Shown here: positions 10,839 to 23,749 of the stretch, one piece after another
How the letters are laid out: each line of letters opens with the position of its first letter
Numbering within the stretch: position 1 is the first letter of the stretch
Assembly (NCBI GenBank): GCA_043228905.1
Contig: JBHGNT010000006.1
Location: 10,974,001-11,038,000, forward strand
Reading direction: 5' to 3'
Length of the DNA: 64,000 nt
Origin: Azolla caroliniana
Taxonomy: Eukaryota > Plantae > Polypodiophyta
The notes under the pieces: model-generated
The model's input: the letters and a program-made list of their open reading frames with translations, nothing else
The model's database searches: none
Told to the model about the DNA's origin: nothing
Made by a program: the position numbers and the translations under genes

Positions 10839-13800
10839 ACACGATGTACAGGATGATCAAGCCATCGTCTCTTTACAACGTTAGGTTGTCTCTTATATAC
10901 TAAGCCCTAACTATATGGATGAGTTCACACTGGGATACAAAGTGGAAGGAGTCGGCCTTTTATGCCAACAAACTCCCCCGTAAAAGGACTACTCTTTCTT
11001 GCATGTACATGTGTTTGGGGTTTTCTCCCCCATAAACCTAGATTACAACACTAATCTAAATTTATATTACAAGTCGGTCAACATATACTTGAGTCAGCAT
11101 AGGTGAGGTCAGTGTAGAGCCTATCATGGCTCATTATCATGATTGATTCAATCGACTCTTACCTTCTGCTCCTTGTTCGGCTTTCTTTTGCTTGGTTGCT
11201 TGCCGTAGTCCCATCTTTGTCCTTAGTGCTCCGTGGCGTTGATCTGGGAGTGGCTTCGTCAAGCAATCGGCGATGTCCACCTTGATGTCGATCTTCCGGA
11301 CTTCGAGACTCTTCTCAGTTATGAGCTCCCGGATGTGATGATACCATACCTCAATGTGCTTCTTCTTTGCGTGATAGACGGGATTGTTAATGAGGCGAAT
11401 TGCGCTTTGTGAGTCGCAATAGATGGTCGGCATTGGTCGATCGATTCGGCTTGTAGATAAGAAATTGGCAAATAGTCGGTGCAGCCAAATCGCTTCCTTA
11501 GTTGCCTCTAATGTTGCTATGTACTCGGCCTCTGTGGTTGACAGGGCGTGCACTCTTGAAGCTTCGACCTCCATGATATTGCACCGCCACCATAGGTGAA
11601 AATGTAGCGTGATGTTGACTTCCGATTGTCCGTATTTCCGGCATAGTCGGAGTCAATGTATCCTTCAACTTCGGCTGAGGTTGTCAAACCGACAGTCAAT
11701 TGTGTATCTTCGGTCCCTCTCAGGTACCTGAAGATGTGCTTGACGGCCTCCCAATGCTTCCGTCTTGGGTTTGACATGTACCGGCTGACCACTCCTACGG
11801 CATAGGCTAGGTCGGGTTGGGTCGCCACCATTGCGTACATGATACTTCCTACGGCCGATGCGTAGGGACATGTAGATGTCTTCTTCCAGATCTCCGTGTA
11901 GGAATGTCGTCTTTACATCCAATTGCTCTAGATCTAGGTCTTCTATCGCCACGACTCCTAGTAAGAGTCGAAGGGTGGTCATCTTGACTACTGGTGAGAA
12001 TATCTCTTCGTAGTCGACCCCATGTTCTTGTTTGAACCCTTTTGGGCCAAGCCAAGCTTTGTACTTGGGTTTCTCTGAGTGATATACATATTTGTATCGG
12101 AAAACCCATTTGAAAAGTAGCAACTTTCTTCGAGTTGGTAGTTCGACCAACTCCCATGTCTGATTCTTGTGAATCAAGTCCATTTCGGATTTCATGGCTT
12201 GTAGCCATGTTTCGGCGTCCGTTGCGGTCATAACTTCTTCATAAATGCTTAGTTCGTTGTAGTTGACGTAGTCGAGGCCCGGTTGAAAAAACTCTGTTGG
12301 CCTTCAAGCTCGTCCAGATCTCCTAGGTGCCGAGATAAGTGGTTTAGATTCTTCGATCGGTATGTGTTGGACCATTTGTGTCAAGAGTCTTGTTAGGTGA
12401 CCAACCCCCAAGTCGGGATTTCGTTGGTGTCATGTTGTCCTCCCCTATGGACTTTGTCGACTCAGTTCTATTTCCTACTTGCATCTTGTTGACTTTGCCT
12501 TGTTCAAGTCTGGTCGAATCGGTTCTGTCTTTGATGGCTTTGCCTTCAAGTTCGACTATTGGACTGGTTGCCAATTCAAAGTTGACATGTATATTGTTGG
12601 CTTGTTCGAGTTCGACTTTTTGTCGAGTCTCTGAGTCGGCTCGGTGGGTCGGTCTTTCTACGACAACTCTGTCGTCTTCAAAGGATACCCTTTTACCAAA
12701 TATTTTCTACTGGTTCCGTTGAAAGAAGATAGAGTCTTCGTTGAAGACTACATCACTGCTCCGGATCAGTTTCCGGTTCTTTGGATCCCATAGCCGGTAG
12801 CTAAAGTCCCAATCGGTTCCATAACCAAGAAATATGCATTTCGTTGCATGGGGTGCCAACTTAGTCCTTTCCTCCCTGGGGATGAACGCGTAGGCTTCGC
12901 ATCCAAATGCACAAAGTCTATCGCAGGCCGGTTGTTTGCCTGACCATAGTGCTTGTGGCACTTCAAGCTTGATTGCTTTCAACAGTGATAGATTTACCAA
13001 GTATATTGCCGTCTACAATGCCTCAGCCCGGAACTCTAGCTTAAGTCCAACTTGTTGGAGCATTGTCATCACCCTCTCCTGGATCATTCGGTTGATCCGT
13101 TTTGCCACTCCATTCTGCATGGGTGTGTAAGGAACGATCTTTTGATGCCGGATCCCTTTGTTAGACAGGTACTATTTGAAGGCTCTAGAGGTATATTCAC
13201 CTCCGTTGTCGGATCGGATGTCTTCACTCTGTGTCCCGACCGGTTCTCCACTTCAGATGTCGACCGAGTGAAGACTTTGAGCGCTTCATCTTTAGACCTA
13301 ATCGAGTAGGCCCAAACCTTCCGTGTACAGTCATCTAGAAAGGTGATGAAGTATCGGAAGCCTCCTAGTGATCGCTCTAGCATGGGCCCACATATATCTA
13401 TGTGCACAAGCTCTAGGGGTTATTGTATCATCTAGTAGTGGAGAGAGTGTGGACTTCGGGTCTGTTTCCCGTATCGACAATGCTCACAGAAGTCCGTCTT
13501 TGCTTGGAGTTTAGGGACGCAGCCGACCGCCATCAGTCGATCGAGTCCGGCTTGAGACATATGGCCAAGTCGACCATGCCATAAGTTTGGGTTGGTCTTT
13601 TCGGCTACGTTCACGGCCCCTTCTAGATTGATCACCATTCATGGGTACAAGTTATTATACTTGTGTCTACTCCCAATTCTGAGATTTCCCCAGCTGATCA
13701 TCCATGTTGACTCACTAAGAGTCGTTTGATACCCGTCTTCGATTAGCATGCCGATGGAGACTAGACTCCTTTTTAGATTGGGTAGGTGCCGAACTCAGTG

Positions 13801-15268
13801 CAAGGTTATTGTGTTGCCTGGCAATCTAATGGGAACCTCTCCGGTCCCTGCTATTCTGCACTCCTACCCGTTTCCTAGTCCAACTGTGTCACTGGCGTCG
13901 GCTGAATAGTTCATAAATCATTCGATGTTGGGGGTCACATGGAATGTGGCACCGGAATCTAGTAACCATGTGTGTGCATCTTGTGCACTATAGAGGACTT
14001 CTCCAATCATCGAGTTCTCTAAAGAGATAATTTCTCCGGATCGGGTGTCGGTAACATTAACTTCATTGCCGACTAGAGAGTAGTCCGAGTCGGGTCATCC
14101 TCGATTCCGCTTGGATCGTCGACCACTCTCTTTTTTCTTGATTGACCAGCAGTCGGAAACATTGTGGCCAGCTGTTCTGTAGCGTGTGTAGAATTCGCCG
14201 TTGTCGGTCTCCCCTCCTTTTTGATCGGTTGGTATTCCAATCGGTTCTATTGGCTTGTTCTCTCGTTCGACTCTATCAGTCGAACGATTCGGTCGAGTGA
14301 TGGGCTACTGCCGATTCATCGATGGTAAGTCCCATCGATTTTCGCCAAATGTCCTTGGTGAGGACTTGGCCGATCGTATGTCATGCAGAATACCTCCCAC
14401 TCGTTGGCATGCTCGATAGGAGGGCAAGGGCTTTCACTTCTTCTTCAAAGTTGATCCCTTGTGAGGAGAGATCTGACAACACCCGGCTGAAGGTGTTGAT
14501 GTGAGAGGTAGTCGGATCGGTCTCTCTCATCTTCATGTTGAACAGTTGTTTGATCAAGATCAATTTTGAAGATGAGGACTTTTTCTCGTACACAAATTGT
14601 AGCTTCTCCCATAATGAGAACGTTGTCGTCTCTTTTTCCATGCTAAAGTAGATGTTTTTGGCTAGGTGCAATCGAATGGTGGAGCATGCGATTTTGTCCA
14701 TTGATCTCCACTCATCGGCTGACATTGAAGCAGGCTTTTCGGAGTGTCGAATGGCCTCAACCTGTCTTCAAATAATCAGTACATTCTGCATCATCTCCTT
14801 CCATAGGGCAAAGTTTTTGTCGTCGAATTTTCGAATCTCAACTCCTGTACTGGATGTTGATGCCATGATTCTTTTGAAAGCGAGATTTGTTAACCTAGTC
14901 TTTTTCCTTTCAGCTTTTTTTTTTGTTGTTGTTTGTTGCCATTGAGTCACGGATCGCTCTGATACCAGTTGAAGGACACATATGCGCGGAAACTTATGTG
15001 AGGACCTATCTGTTATGCTCAGCAAACAACACAGATGGAAGGAAAGAAGATATAGACATATAATAGACACACACGGATGAAGCTTTAATGGAAGCTCTCT
15101 TTATTTCTGTTTTCTCTCTCTTTCTCTCTCAAAGACACGATGAACAGGATGATCAAGCAATCAACTCTTTACAACGTTAGGTTATCGCTTATATACTAAG
15201 CCCTAACTATATGGACAAGTTCACACTAGGATACAAAGTGGAAGGAGTCGGCCTTTTATGCCAAGACA
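10741..15268 (-). mobile_element. Ty1/copia Copia-4 (Tnt1/Tork-like) nested in Copia-3
   Basis: 5' LTR 14970-15268; PBS TGGTATCAGAGC 14956-14967; gag 14381-14870; integrase HIDICGPM 13084-13407; RT with internal deletion near 11860; RNase H 11137-11840; PPT next to 10971; partial 3' LTR 10741-10970 matches the 5' LTR. Confidence 0.92.
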
Positions 15269-18200
15269 TCATGAAGCCATTATGATGTGCCATGTACTCG
15301 TTATAACCGAACCGATTAACTGGATTCTTTTCTCCTGATGAACATCAGAGTTTTTTGTTTGTTACTCCAAGCAACTTCTTTACTCCAGGTGCCCTCATAA
15401 TGGGCACCCCAAACTCACTTTTGAGCGAGCAAGCCGACACATCTGAATCATTTTCGTCGGGGTGGTCGACTTCATATTCGGGCATCTTTACCTTTTCCTT
15501 TGTCCGATCCAGCCCCTGGTTGAGATGTGCTTAGGTTGTTTAGAGGCTCGTATGGTCCGCGCAACTCAATAGAGCTTGGATTGTCCTTTGGTAATGGACT
15601 TAACCAAATATCCTCACCTGACTTGACTTCCAACTCTTCCTCAATCGGGCCGGATAGAGCCAAATCGAGCTCATACGATGATGTTGATTCGTCAAAGACT
15701 ACGTCCCGACTCACCCGAACCATTCGGGTAGAAGGGTTGAAGCACTTGTATCCTTTCTATTCGGATGAGTATCCCACGAGAACACATTTCTTTGACTTCG
15801 GGTCAAGTTTCCATTGTTTTTCATTCGGGATGTGTACATACGCAAGGCTTCCGAACACTCTAGGGTGAGATAAAATTGGCTTTCTTCCAACATAAGTCTT
15901 GTATGGAGTTAGTTCATGCACCCCATTAGTGGTGCACTGATTCATTAGCTAGACAACAATTGAGGCCTCTTCAGCCCATTAGAATTTTGCATGTTCTTCT
16001 CATGCGACATGGTGCGTGCTATGTCGAGTATATGCCAATTCTTTCGTTCGGTTACTCCATTCTGTTTTGGCGTGTGTCGGCATGAGAATTCTCTCTATAC
16101 TCCTTTCCTCCATCCGATCATAGGAAGTGAATATGCCAGCATGTTTCTTTCTCCACTAGGCTTTTGGGCTTTTGGAAGTGGGAGAGCACTTCACTCTTCT
16201 TCTTCATCAAGAAGATCCACGTGTGGTGGGAGTAGTCATCGATGAAGGTGACGTAATACCGGCATCCTCCGATTGTCGGCGTTTTAACCAGTCCTCATAC
16301 ATCCGAGTGGATTACGTCAAGGAGGCCTTTACTTACGTAGCTCTCCTTTGGGAATGGAAGTCGATGTTGTTTGCTGAGTTGACATGCTTCACACACTCGG
16401 TCGACTTGTTTCAACTCAAAGGCTGGAAGTCCGATGATGACTCCCTTCGACTTGATAGCTCGGACCCGTTGGAGGTTGATGTGACCAATTCTCTTGTGCC
16501 ACATCTCAATATTCGTCTCAACCTTAAGACCTTTGGCATACATGGCTGATTTTACCTCATCCAAATCGAGAATAAACATTTTGCCTTCTCTCCTTCCTTC
16601 GGTAATGAGTTGGCCATTCTTTTCTATAAAGCAACCTCTGTTGTTGAAACGGACTTGCATGCCTTGCTCCACAATTTGGCCGACTGAAACCAAATTCTTT
16701 TTTATTGTTGGAACGTGCAAGACATTCTTGATGCAGTTGTTGCTACCCTTACCGAAAGGAACATTGCCTATGTGCCAACTTAGATGTGTAGTATCATCCC
16801 CTGTCTCCACGTAGCCAAGCTGATCCGGACTTCTCAAGTCACGAAACCATTCTTCGTGTGAGGTTATATGATTTGAGGTGCCAGAGTCAACGAACCACAT
16901 GTCTTCCGAATTGGAGGTGTTGGTGGAGTCAGATGCTGACATAGAGTTAGTCTTATGTTGCATGACGAACATTCCACCATAATCTTCATATCCAGAGTTG
17001 GAAGCATAACTTGTGAGTTGTCGGCTTGTGGAAGCCGAATCACTTCTTTTCTTTCAGCACTCCTCTTCATGGTGACCTATCTTCCCACAGTAATTGCAGA
17101 TAATGGGTCTATTTTGCCGACCTTGTTCGGCATGAAAGCTCCCCTTTCTTCCAAAGTTTCCTCGATTGATTTTGTCTTCTTGCCAAAGGTTTGAGTTACC
17201 TTCATGAGATGGGCCAAATCGGCCTCCTCTGCCTTGGCCGAACCGGCCTCTTCTATCGTGACCTTGTCCTCGGCCGCCATTCGAGTTCGAAAAGAAGATT
17301 TGTCCTTCCAACATCTTATTCTTGGTTTGGACATGGTTTTCTTCAATCAATAGCATTGATTGTAGGTCGAAGAATGAATGTGGGTTTTCTCTCACCAAGA
17401 TTGTCATCCTTATTGGGTCGAACCATTGAGCGAAGCCACCCAAGCATACTTGAACCATCTCTTCTTCGTCGACGTTTATGTTGATGGAGCCAAGTGAGTC
17501 ACAAATACTCTTTATCTTGATAGTGTAGTCCAACACGGACATGTCCTTTTGCCGAATGTTGTTCAACTCTTGCCGGAGTTGAAACTTGCAGGCGGTCATG
17601 TTGGCGGCGAAGATTTTCTTCAAATTCTTCGATGCTTCTTTGGGTGTCTTGGCATCTCGAATGTGGCTAAGCATGTGATCATGGACACATGTTGCGAAAC
17701 AATACATTATCCGATTTTCTCCTTGCTCCCACGTTGGGTAGTTAGCATTTGTGATGTCGGGTTTGTTTTCGAGTGTGTTGTTTATGTAGCTCCAATAGCC
17801 TTGGCCGACAAGGTATTGGTTCATCTTATACTCCCAAGATGAGAAATTGCTCTGGTCTAGCTTTTAACTAGGGAGCAAGCTACCCATTTGTGTGTTCATG
17901 TTGATGTAGTGTCTTCCTTTTCGGCTTTTCTTTCTTCGGTCACGTACACGTGCTACGTAGTGGCACTACGATAGCGGATAGCCGGAGTAATTATGAACAC
18001 ACAATCACGATGAGGCAGATGGGCTTAGTGGATATGCTAAACCACACGATCTGATACCATGTTAATAGTTAGGTAATTAACTATGGGTTAATTAGTGTCT
18101 AATTATGTAAGTAGTTAATCACGTATGTGATTAAGTAGGGGAAGGTTATGTGTTATGTGTGTGTATGTGAGTAAGAGAGAAAGCACACTTATGAACAATA

Positions 18201-18796
18201 AGACAAGATGGGGGATGATTAACACGAGTATGACTTAAGAACCTTTCTCTATATTAATAAGCATCAAGTTACAAAAATACCCACAAAGAGGTATATATAT
18301 ATCTCATGCAGTGTTGCCTTTTGACGGCCGTTTTGAACGTTTTTGGCAAATTTAACCGTATATGAAAGTTAATTTTAAAATGAAACCGTCAATCTTGACG
18401 GGCATATGTTTTATGAAAACGTAAAAATGAAGGCTTAAAATTTCATAATACCGTCAAATTTTACTAAGACCAATACTATAGTAGTATAGTCCTAGGTAGT
18501 AGGAACAAATTGTTCAAGTTGCATTGGGAGTGTAGGAATTTGAAAGGCTCACATATGTCATTAATAACTATGTGTGTAACAAAAAGGTAAAAAAACTAAT
18601 AGAGTCTAAATTATGAATCTTTACTTCCCTTTTCCCCCCTTTTCCCCCTTTTCCCCCATTTTCCCCCATTTTCCCCCATTTTCCCTGTTTGTTCGTTGCT
18701 CCCTCAGCCCTGCACCTTGCTGGAAGCTTGTTGCTCGTTGCCAGCTACTCATAGATTCAACATCTCCTGCAGCAGTCCTCCTCAACCATCTAAGGT

Positions 18797-18859
<63 letters not shown>

Positions 18860-19587
18860 TCTCTCCAATCCATTTTTGCTACTAGTCTTTCCAGAATGAC
18901 TGATATCATCTGAATAGTTGTGATTATTCATTCCTGTCTTATATGGTTGTGATATGTGCATCACTCGTAGACCTGAACACTGCCAAACAAAAATTCCAAG
19001 AAGCGATTCAAGTCACCATTATATGTAGATGGATCCGGAGGCTTTTATATTTCAATTTATGACTTTGACAACCAGCCTTCTCAGTGGATGGATACTATCT
19101 TTCTGCTTGTCTGAAATCAAAGTTAAGAAACTGATCTCTCGTCTTGCAGTTAGAAGACAGAATGTGCACGTTGGTCTACAGTTTTCTAATTGCACCCAAT
19201 CTTCATTTTTTTGGACATACTTGGCCAATTTCTTGTATCTTCCTTTCAATTCTGTTTTCACTTTGTTCAGGTGCTTGTGCTACCTCTACTTCCTTTTGCT
19301 CTTCTACAAAAATGGCTGGAGATTTTGCATTACTCAAATAGTTTTGTGATTGTCATTACTCAAATAGTCACTTAAAAACTAACTGAAACAAGAGGGGGGA
19401 ACATAACATTTGCACTGAAAAAGAAACAACAAAATGTACTGACCTCTTCCACAACGGAAGCAAAGTCTTAGATAACAAAAACACAATCTCCATGATTAAA
19501 TAAACATTAGTACCTCATAGGTTTCATTCAACTCTCTGCAGAGGATGACACTCCACCAAATTGCAACCAAAAGTTCTCTACTTGATT

Positions 19588-20304
19588 TCAGCCCTCTGTA
19601 GTGGAAGAGACCACGCCAGATGCAACAGACACATTACTTGAATCCAAACCACCAGTACTAACACCACCTTTCCCCTCACCTTGATTGTATACATGCTGAG
19701 CAGTGCCTTGAGAATGGTCATCATAAGTGTTTCCATAGCTTGTCGAGTTTCCATAGCCTTGTTGAGCTGAGGTAGGGTGAGCATAACCAGATTGTGGTGG
19801 AGGAATAGACCCTTGAATAGCATAGTTTGGTGGGGGTTGTATTGGCCCCTGACTACCATATAATGCACTTGATCCTGGTTGTGAAGCTCCATAGCTAGAA
19901 GGTTGTTGGCCATAACTACTTGGTTGTCCATAATTAGTTGGCAACGACCCTTGAGTACCATATCCTTGAGTATTATATCCAGATTGAAGTTGTCCATAAC
20001 CATCTTGAGAAGAACCACCAGATCCTGTTGAATCCTCTTGAGGGGGATACCCTGGTTGAAAGGAACCCCCTTGCCCATAGGTTGGAGCAGATTCTTGTTG
20101 GTTATAGCTCGTGAGTTGATGTTGACCATACCCAACTTGTTGACTTGTTTGGCCATATTGATTAAAACCTGGTTGTTTAGCAGCTTCTTGATTAGGCACT
20201 GGCTGGAGATTTTGCTCTTCCGGTTGATTTTTCTTCTCCAGTTTCTGAAGTATGTTGGTTTCCCCTACTTCCTTTTGCTCTTCTATACCCTTTGATTTCT
20301 CCAG
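19588..20304 (-). CDS. Passenger exon inside the hAT encoding a Gln/Gly/Ser/Tyr-rich low-complexity (prion-like) domain, probably captured from a host RNA-binding protein gene
   Basis: Frame is open from an acceptor-like TATAG|CTGGAG near 20304 to TGA at 19588 (about 238 codons; the ORF track shows the 203-aa part). Repeated YGQ/QGYG/QSGY motifs. No initiator Met found. Confidence 0.6.
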   Translation of the reverse strand: MEKSKGIEEQKEVGETNILQKLEKKNQPEEQNLQPVPNQEAAKQPGFNQYGQTSQQVGYGQHQLTSYNQQESAPTYGQGGSFQPGYPPQEDSTGSGGSSQDGYGQLQSGYNTQGYGTQGSLPTNYGQPSSYGQQPSSYGASQPGSSALYGSQGPIQPPPNYAIQGSIPPPQSGYAHPTSAQQGYGNSTSYGNTYDDHSQGTAQHVYNQGEGKGGVSTGGLDSSNVSVASGVVSSTTEG

Positions 20305-21050
20305 CTATAATATAGGTATATATATACGATGAAATTTCTTCGAGAATTCACAAATAGTTTGTTGTAAATAGGTGAAAAGAAATCTCCAGAAATTCAATCC
20401 AAGGAACTGAGACGATAGATCAAACCCTAATGGTGAGAGTCTCTATAAATAGAAGACCCAAATTTAGACCAAAACAAGCAAACTAAAGAAGCAAAATTTA
20501 GTCAAAAAGAAGATGAAAGAGAGAAATTACATTTATTCTCTATTTCTCTTTTCCTTTTTTATTTCTTTTATTCTCGACCTTCAAGCTCTGTCCAACTCGC
20601 AGTGACGAAAATACAAACAGCATAAAAACAAACCAACAAATAAATAAATAAATTCAAGGAAAATATTTCCTCTTGGAATTTGGAAGAATAATATCTGTTA
20701 TTGGGTTAATATTATTACAAAATACCCTTTGGTGTAGTATCACGTAATTACAGCTGATACCCTTCGTATTTTTGTTCTAAATTCTAATACGTGACTCCCC
20801 CCCCATTCACACCTTAACATCTGAGTTTGAGCCTCGTCCATTGGCTTTTTTCCTATTCCCGATGCTCCACTTCAAACCCTTGTTGTTCTGATCCACCCAA
20901 ATTCTTTTACTAGTCCATCAAAACTAGTATTGCTCTCCTCTTTAAGGGCAAAAGTTTGGGAATTATATTCATGTAAAATCTCATTGCCCAACAGGTCATA
21001 ACTAATATGTATGGGTTTAATGATGCTAGTGATTGTTTTGAACTGATGGT

Positions 21051-23336
21051 ATGATCTTTTCTTACATGACCCATTTCTTCTTATTCAGAATAATTATGGC
21101 TCCTAAAAGAAAAAACCAACGAACCATCAGTGCGATGTTTGCATGGAAACCACCCAACGATACCAATGACATAAATCTAAACAATGATTTAAATGAGGAT
21201 ATGGATATGTTTGGGACTGATTTAGAGAGTTTAACTCGAGAGAGTTGTTCCTCTAATATAACTAAAGAAAAGCCTAAGAGAAAATTCCGTGAAGCATGGA
21301 GAGATAAATTCCCATGGATAAGATGCATTGTGCAAGGAGACAAAACATTAATGAAATGTGCATGGTGTGAGAAATACGCTAGTCCTGGGCCTTGGGGTCT
21401 TGGTTCTGGATGCATTACTTTGCAACTTGATGCAATTTTGACCCATGTCAACTCAAGTGGTCATAAATTATGTGCATCAAAGTGGATATGTGATGTTGAA
21501 GGGAAAGCAATGTCCATCCCAAAGCATGTATCACAATTAGATGATATTAACAAAAATAAGGTCATAACAACAATGAAACTCATGTACTTTATTGCAAAAA
21601 AAGATTTGTCTATCGCTACATACCAAGAATTATGTGATTTGGCTGTGCTACTAGAGGTGCCTAATATGCCTAAGCAACATGATTATATATCTTATACTAG
21701 TAGATATGGGGGATATGAATTTTTGGTTGCCTTCGGGAAATATCTTCTAGAAATTCAAAGCTCAAACCTAATAAATTCCCCATACTACTCTTTGATGCTA
21801 GATGAAAGTACTGACAATGGATTAGAGTTGCATCTCATTATGTATGTTACATATTTGCAATGTGGTGGTTGTGGGCCTAAGCAAACTGAATATATGGGTT
21901 TGCTGAAAATTCCCAATGGTAAAGGTAGAACTATATATGAACATGTTAAGCATCTATTAGGCGATCGATGCCTCAACATGAACAAGTTGATCGGATTGGC
22001 AACTGATGGTGCATCATCAATGATTGGTAGTGAAATTGGAACAGTAACATTAATGAAAAATGATATCCCAAATTTGGTTGGTGTACATTGTATTGCTCAT
22101 AGAGAAGCATTGGTTATTTCAGATGTATCTAAAGATATCCCTGAGCTCATTCTTGTAGAAAAAATTGCAAATAAGGTATATGCATGGGCTAACAATAGTA
22201 CCAAAAGGACACATGAAATTTTAGAGCTCTTGGAACAAATGCAATTGGATGCTCATAGACCATTACAAATTCATAATATTCGTTGGTTGTCACGTGGTCA
22301 AGTCATGGAAAGACTAGTGAGTATAATGCCTGCAATACTTACTATTTGGAAGAAAGAGAACTTAAACGAGTGGTATAATAAAGCTTGTATCTATAGTGTG
22401 CAATTTTGCTTTTGTATGATGGCTGATGTGTTGCATTTGATGAATATCTTGAGCTTGAAACTTCAAAAAGAGAATTTGGATGTAACTTCAATTGGTGCAG
22501 AAATTGATATTACAATTTCTAATTTGCGGAGGTCTTTCTTGAGAAATGACACATTTGCGGATGGAACAATGTATTTATCCAAGTTCTTAAGATGTTCTAA
22601 AGTTGGGTTTTTGGAAATAGAGGATAAAGATGGCGTTACATATAGACATGAACTATACTTCAAACAAATTCCTATGGATAAAGCAAGTCAAAATGATCCA
22701 AATCCCAATATTGCAAAATCTAAGGGAATGAGGCCATTTATAGATGGATCACTTGAAAGTTGTATTAAACTATCTCAAAATTATGTGCAAAATGTTATTG
22801 ATGGACTAAATGCAAGATTCCTTGACTTAAGCCTCTTCAATGCAGCAAAATTATTCAGCCCATGCCATTATGCAGATGATGATGTGATTAGGGATAGTAA
22901 AGCAAAGACATGGTTGGGAATTTTGATTTCTCACTTACAGCCAAATGTTGATGTCAATGCATGTCCTCAAATTTCACATGATGCAAAGGCTTGTGAAATG
23001 GAACTCTATAGGTTTGTTGACACTTTACGTTTAAATTGTGAAGGCTATACTATGCATGAAGCTTGGCGTATGTTTTGCAAAATGAAGGATTGGCAAGATA
23101 GTTTCCCTCATTTGATGAAATTATGGCAAGCTACTTTGGTTATTCCTTCTAGCACAGTTTCGTGTGAGAGAGGGTTCTCTAAGCAAAATCTCATCAAAGA
23201 GATGAAAAGAAATCGATTGAATATAGAGCATTTAGATGATTTAATGCGAGTCTCATTGAATGGGCCACGCATTGAAGAAATACAATGGGATCGTGTACAT
23301 GAAATTTGGAAAGATGCAAAGGATAGAAGGATATAA
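21051..23336 (+). CDS. hAT transposase (ZNF862/Tip-like), intact
   Basis: Uninterrupted 761-codon ORF; likely start MAPKRK at 21096 after TTATTCAG. N-terminal Zn finger (WRDKFPW..CAWC..H..SSGH), catalytic SLMLDESTD and ATDGASSMIG, CIAH, RWLS, and hATC STVSCERGFS. Confidence 0.95.
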   Translation: MIFSYMTHFFLFRIIMAPKRKNQRTISAMFAWKPPNDTNDINLNNDLNEDMDMFGTDLESLTRESCSSNITKEKPKRKFREAWRDKFPWIRCIVQGDKTLMKCAWCEKYASPGPWGLGSGCITLQLDAILTHVNSSGHKLCASKWICDVEGKAMSIPKHVSQLDDINKNKVITTMKLMYFIAKKDLSIATYQELCDLAVLLEVPNMPKQHDYISYTSRYGGYEFLVAFGKYLLEIQSSNLINSPYYSLMLDESTDNGLELHLIMYVTYLQCGGCGPKQTEYMGLLKIPNGKGRTIYEHVKHLLGDRCLNMNKLIGLATDGASSMIGSEIGTVTLMKNDIPNLVGVHCIAHREALVISDVSKDIPELILVEKIANKVYAWANNSTKRTHEILELLEQMQLDAHRPLQIHNIRWLSRGQVMERLVSIMPAILTIWKKENLNEWYNKACIYSVQFCFCMMADVLHLMNILSLKLQKENLDVTSIGAEIDITISNLRRSFLRNDTFADGTMYLSKFLRCSKVGFLEIEDKDGVTYRHELYFKQIPMDKASQNDPNPNIAKSKGMRPFIDGSLESCIKLSQNYVQNVIDGLNARFLDLSLFNAAKLFSPCHYADDDVIRDSKAKTWLGILISHLQPNVDVNACPQISHDAKACEMELYRFVDTLRLNCEGYTMHEAWRMFCKMKDWQDSFPHLMKLWQATLVIPSSTVSCERGFSKQNLIKEMKRNRLNIEHLDDLMRVSLNGPRIEEIQWDRVHEIWKDAKDRRI

Positions 23337-23749
23337 TATATTGTTTCGTACAAATATTCGATGTATTTACTTTTTGAAGGGCATTTTTTTTGACAAACCG
23401 TCAATTTGACGGGCAAAATTTTTGGAATACCGTTCTCATGACAGGCAATGTTAGCCGTCAAAAGGCAACACTGATCTCATGTGCAAGGGTGCACATGTGT
23501 GAGGAGAATATAGGTACAATGATGTAAGTCCTATATTAAGTGAACTTGGTAGTGGAGGATCTAGAATGTATCCACACTTAAGTACAAGTATACAATCTTA
23601 TTTAAGGCTTTGACGTCAACACACTAACTAGATTCTATGTATGTAACTACTAAGTTACACATTTGACAAAATAACTAAACCTAGTTGAGCTTGATCTCAA
23701 CGCTTCACCTCTTGAATCCATGCAAATAGTGTGAGGGATTTGAGGCTGA

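Larger units (their letters stand above)
18309..23473 (+). mobile_element. Autonomous-type hAT DNA transposon (5165 bp) with passenger sequence
   Basis: Perfect 20-bp TIR CAGTGTTGCCTTTTGACGGC / GCCGTCAAAAGGCAACACTG; perfect 8-bp TSD ATCTCATG (18301-18308, 23474-23481); ACCGTCA/TGACGG subterminal motifs; full transposase ORF. Confidence 0.96.
8240..23702 (-). mobile_element. Ty1/copia Copia-3, degenerate host element carrying nested insertions
   Basis: 5' LTR 18060 to about 23702, split by the hAT; PBS TGGTATCAGATC 18048-18059; gag 17054-17900 (CNYCGKIGHHEEEC); protease/pre-integrase 16295-16972; integrase remnants 15269-16300; RT and RNase H 8240-9308. Confidence 0.88.
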
